Notes under the pieces: model-generated
Database searches by the model: none
What the model was told of the DNA's origin: nothing
What the model saw: only the letters and a program-made list of their open reading frames with translations
From: an uncultured Thiomicrospira sp.
GTDB lineage: Bacteria; Pseudomonadota; Gammaproteobacteria; CAKMZV01
Reading direction: 5' to 3'
Length of the DNA stretch: 64,000 nucleotides
Assembly: GCA_965195345.1 (NCBI GenBank)
Contig: OZ239628.1
Location: forward strand, 384,001-448,000
Part shown: piece by piece, positions 61,990-64,000 of the stretch
Layout: every line of letters begins with the position of its first letter
Position numbering within the stretch: the first letter of the stretch is position 1
Made by a program: the position numbers and the translations under genes

Positions 61990-63684
61990 TTAAGAGTATT
62001 GTTTTAGCAGTTTTTGAAGGCTTGCAATTAATGTGTTGAAAGAGGAATTATTAACTTTTTTATTGATGTCGTAGCTTAATTGATGGTGGTAGTACCAAGG
62101 CAATGCTTCTCCTATTCCTACACCGAGAATAGGAAGAAGTGGGGTGAATCGTTGAATGACTTGTTGCAGGTGTTTGCTGAGGATGTCATCTTGGTTTTGC
62201 AGTCGTGTGCACGTGTCTGAAGGATAGCTGTCCGATAAAATGATTAGGCAACGTTGTCCTTCCTGTTTGATTAAACGTTTGCATGCCCAATCGAGGCTCT
62301 CACCGTCTATGCTCTCTTTGTATATGTTATCTTTAAGTAATCCTGCCATATGCGTTTTCCTACTAGTGTAGGATTGCTCATAAGATTTGAATTGGATGAG
62401 CAGGCGTTCATTTAATCGGCCGGGATTGTTTGGTTTCCCTTGTTGTTCCCAAAGTTTTAAAGCGTTGCCACCTTGCCAAGTGTTAGTTGTAAAGCCTATA
62501 ACTTCGGTTTTGATGTTTGCTATATTGCAAGCACGGATGATTGTTTCTACAAAGCCAGCCAGCCATCGGTTATGTGGACGGATGGAGCCAGAACAGTCAA
62601 TTAATACGCATAAGGAAGCATGGACTTCGGGTTGGGTAATGGGCTGAAGGAATGCGTTGTCAGACGCTTTTGCTAATGCAATTTGTACGAGTTGAGCGCC
62701 ATCAATGTATCCAGAATCATACCTATCGTGCATCAGAGGTACTTCAGGCTTTAAAAACAGTGACTTTAAACGTTGCGCAAGATGAATAACGTTGATTGGA
62801 TTTGCTATTATGAGTTGTTCAAGCTCATCACGCAACGTTTTCAAAGCTAATGGGCGAGCGATTTCTTCAATGGGCTTTTCAAAGTCATAAAGCGTGGTAA
62901 AGATTTTGTAATTGGGGTAGGCGCTGTCTAAAAGGGATACGGATTTTTGTAGACTACTTTTAGGATTTGGTCGTTCGATTTTTGCATCAAAAGCATTGAC
63001 ATCTAACCAATTCAGTAGGGCGTTGTTGATGCTGTCTTTATCTTTCTCATTCTTGCGCATATTTCGCTCTTGGTACACCATTTCTTCAATGATTTGGATA
63101 ATGGTGAGCGCGCATTTTGCATAGAGGCGTTGATCATGCCGATTGGCAAGCATTTTACTGAGTGCAATGCCAATTAGAGGGGCAATGCTTGAGCGTGTTT
63201 CTTCGATAATCCCTTCGGTTTCTTCAATGACAGCTCGAGCGTTTAGGCGCGCATAAACAATTTGTATAACGGAGTAGAGCAGAACTCCAATGTGCTGCTC
63301 AAGAAATCCATCAGCATGGCATTGGTGCGACCAACGTGTAAAGTTTGCCTCGATGTTTGAACGCATTCCTTTGTAGGTTGTGTCACAAATGGATTCAACA
63401 CGCAATTGCTCAAAGCAATCAAATAACCATTGACCTATTAAAGACTGTGGAGCCATTTCTTGGTGAAGGTCGGCATTAGAAAGTTGCTCGCGTAATGCAA
63501 TAGCGTCGATACGCCCACGCAAGGATGCGAAGCTCCCACTTTTATCAGGCTTTTTTAAGTGAAAATTGTAAACGCGACGCTGTTGTTGAAAATAAATGTC
63601 TTCATCAAAAATATGCAAATAAGGGTTATTTGCAAGCCCTCGCAGGGTGGCAGAATTTATTTGATTGAACTGGCTACTGCCCAT
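61990..63684 (-). CDS. CobT-like VWA-domain protein
   Basis: RG..DA.ALR, EQLRVES, MIDAS motif LIDCSGS, EVIGFTT, PGRLN, E.IDGE and LSD..P.D. Confidence 0.82.
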   Translation of the reverse strand: MGSSQFNQINSATLRGLANNPYLHIFDEDIYFQQQRRVYNFHLKKPDKSGSFASLRGRIDAIALREQLSNADLHQEMAPQSLIGQWLFDCFEQLRVESICDTTYKGMRSNIEANFTRWSHQCHADGFLEQHIGVLLYSVIQIVYARLNARAVIEETEGIIEETRSSIAPLIGIALSKMLANRHDQRLYAKCALTIIQIIEEMVYQERNMRKNEKDKDSINNALLNWLDVNAFDAKIERPNPKSSLQKSVSLLDSAYPNYKIFTTLYDFEKPIEEIARPLALKTLRDELEQLIIANPINVIHLAQRLKSLFLKPEVPLMHDRYDSGYIDGAQLVQIALAKASDNAFLQPITQPEVHASLCVLIDCSGSIRPHNRWLAGFVETIIRACNIANIKTEVIGFTTNTWQGGNALKLWEQQGKPNNPGRLNERLLIQFKSYEQSYTSRKTHMAGLLKDNIYKESIDGESLDWACKRLIKQEGQRCLIILSDSYPSDTCTRLQNQDDILSKHLQQVIQRFTPLLPILGVGIGEALPWYYHHQLSYDINKKVNNSSFNTLIASLQKLLKQYS

Positions 63685-63694
63685 AAGTGCTATT

Positions 63695-64000
63695 TTATAG
63701 TATCGACAGCATTGATTCAGGAAGCTCTTGATTAAACATTCTTTGATAGTATTCTGCTACGATAGAGCGTTCGGATTCATCGCATTTGTTAAGGTATGCT
63801 AGGCGAAAAGAAATGGCTAAATCATTAAAAATAAGGTGGTTTTCAGCCCAAGATATAACTGTTCTTGGAGACATTAGTGTTGTAAGGTCGCCATTTTTCA
63901 ATCCTTGACGTGTCAGGTTTGCTACTGCTATCATGCCTTTTAGAGTTTCATCAAGGGCACTGTTTTCTCTAAAACCAGATACTTTTGCCTTCACAACTTG
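63695..64000 (-). CDS. CobS-like MoxR AAA+ ATPase, C-terminal part (truncated by window edge)
   Basis: MIAVANLTR.G...GDL.TLMSPRTVISWAEN and FRL.YLNKCDE.ER..VAEYYQR motifs; directly upstream of the CobT-like gene. Confidence 0.85.
   Translation of the reverse strand, partial: QVVKAKVSGFRENSALDETLKGMIAVANLTRQGLKNGDLTTLMSPRTVISWAENHLIFNDLAISFRLAYLNKCDESERSIVAEYYQRMFNQELPESMLSIL

Overview
Chromosomal window from an AT-rich (roughly 40% GC by eye) Gammaproteobacterium, probably marine. Most of it is housekeeping and metabolism in unusually shuffled gene order: gltBD, msrA, a GcvT-family demethylase, pntAB, an NAD-dependent formate dehydrogenase operon (fdhD-X-fdsGBAD), trhP-gmk-dnaN-dnaA, lipB-clpP-tig, phoH-ybeY-corC, rpsT, a lone recC, prx-cysJIG, merC-like/zur-like, a DddP-like M24 enzyme, coaD-bioB-bioF-maf, yqeY-rpsU and a CobS/CobT-like pair. 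The stand-out is a six-gene co-directional locus at 19104-26149 that looks like a flagellum-less rotary motor. It encodes a single-chain FliF(RBM3 ring)-TM-FliG fusion with a cleavable signal peptide, a MotA/MotB stator pair with Na+-type signatures, a TPR lipoprotein and two predicted outer-membrane beta-barrel proteins. The window has no export-gate, rod, hook, flagellin, FliM/FliN or chemotaxis genes. Other notable items are a 23S-5S rRNA unit with its own promoter and no 16S, an L36 type B gene missed by the ORF track, a hairpin-rich candidate ncRNA after rpsT and a 41-aa membrane ORF. All family assignments come from by-eye motif recognition; no database searches were run. I found no CRISPR array, tRNA, transposase or integrase.
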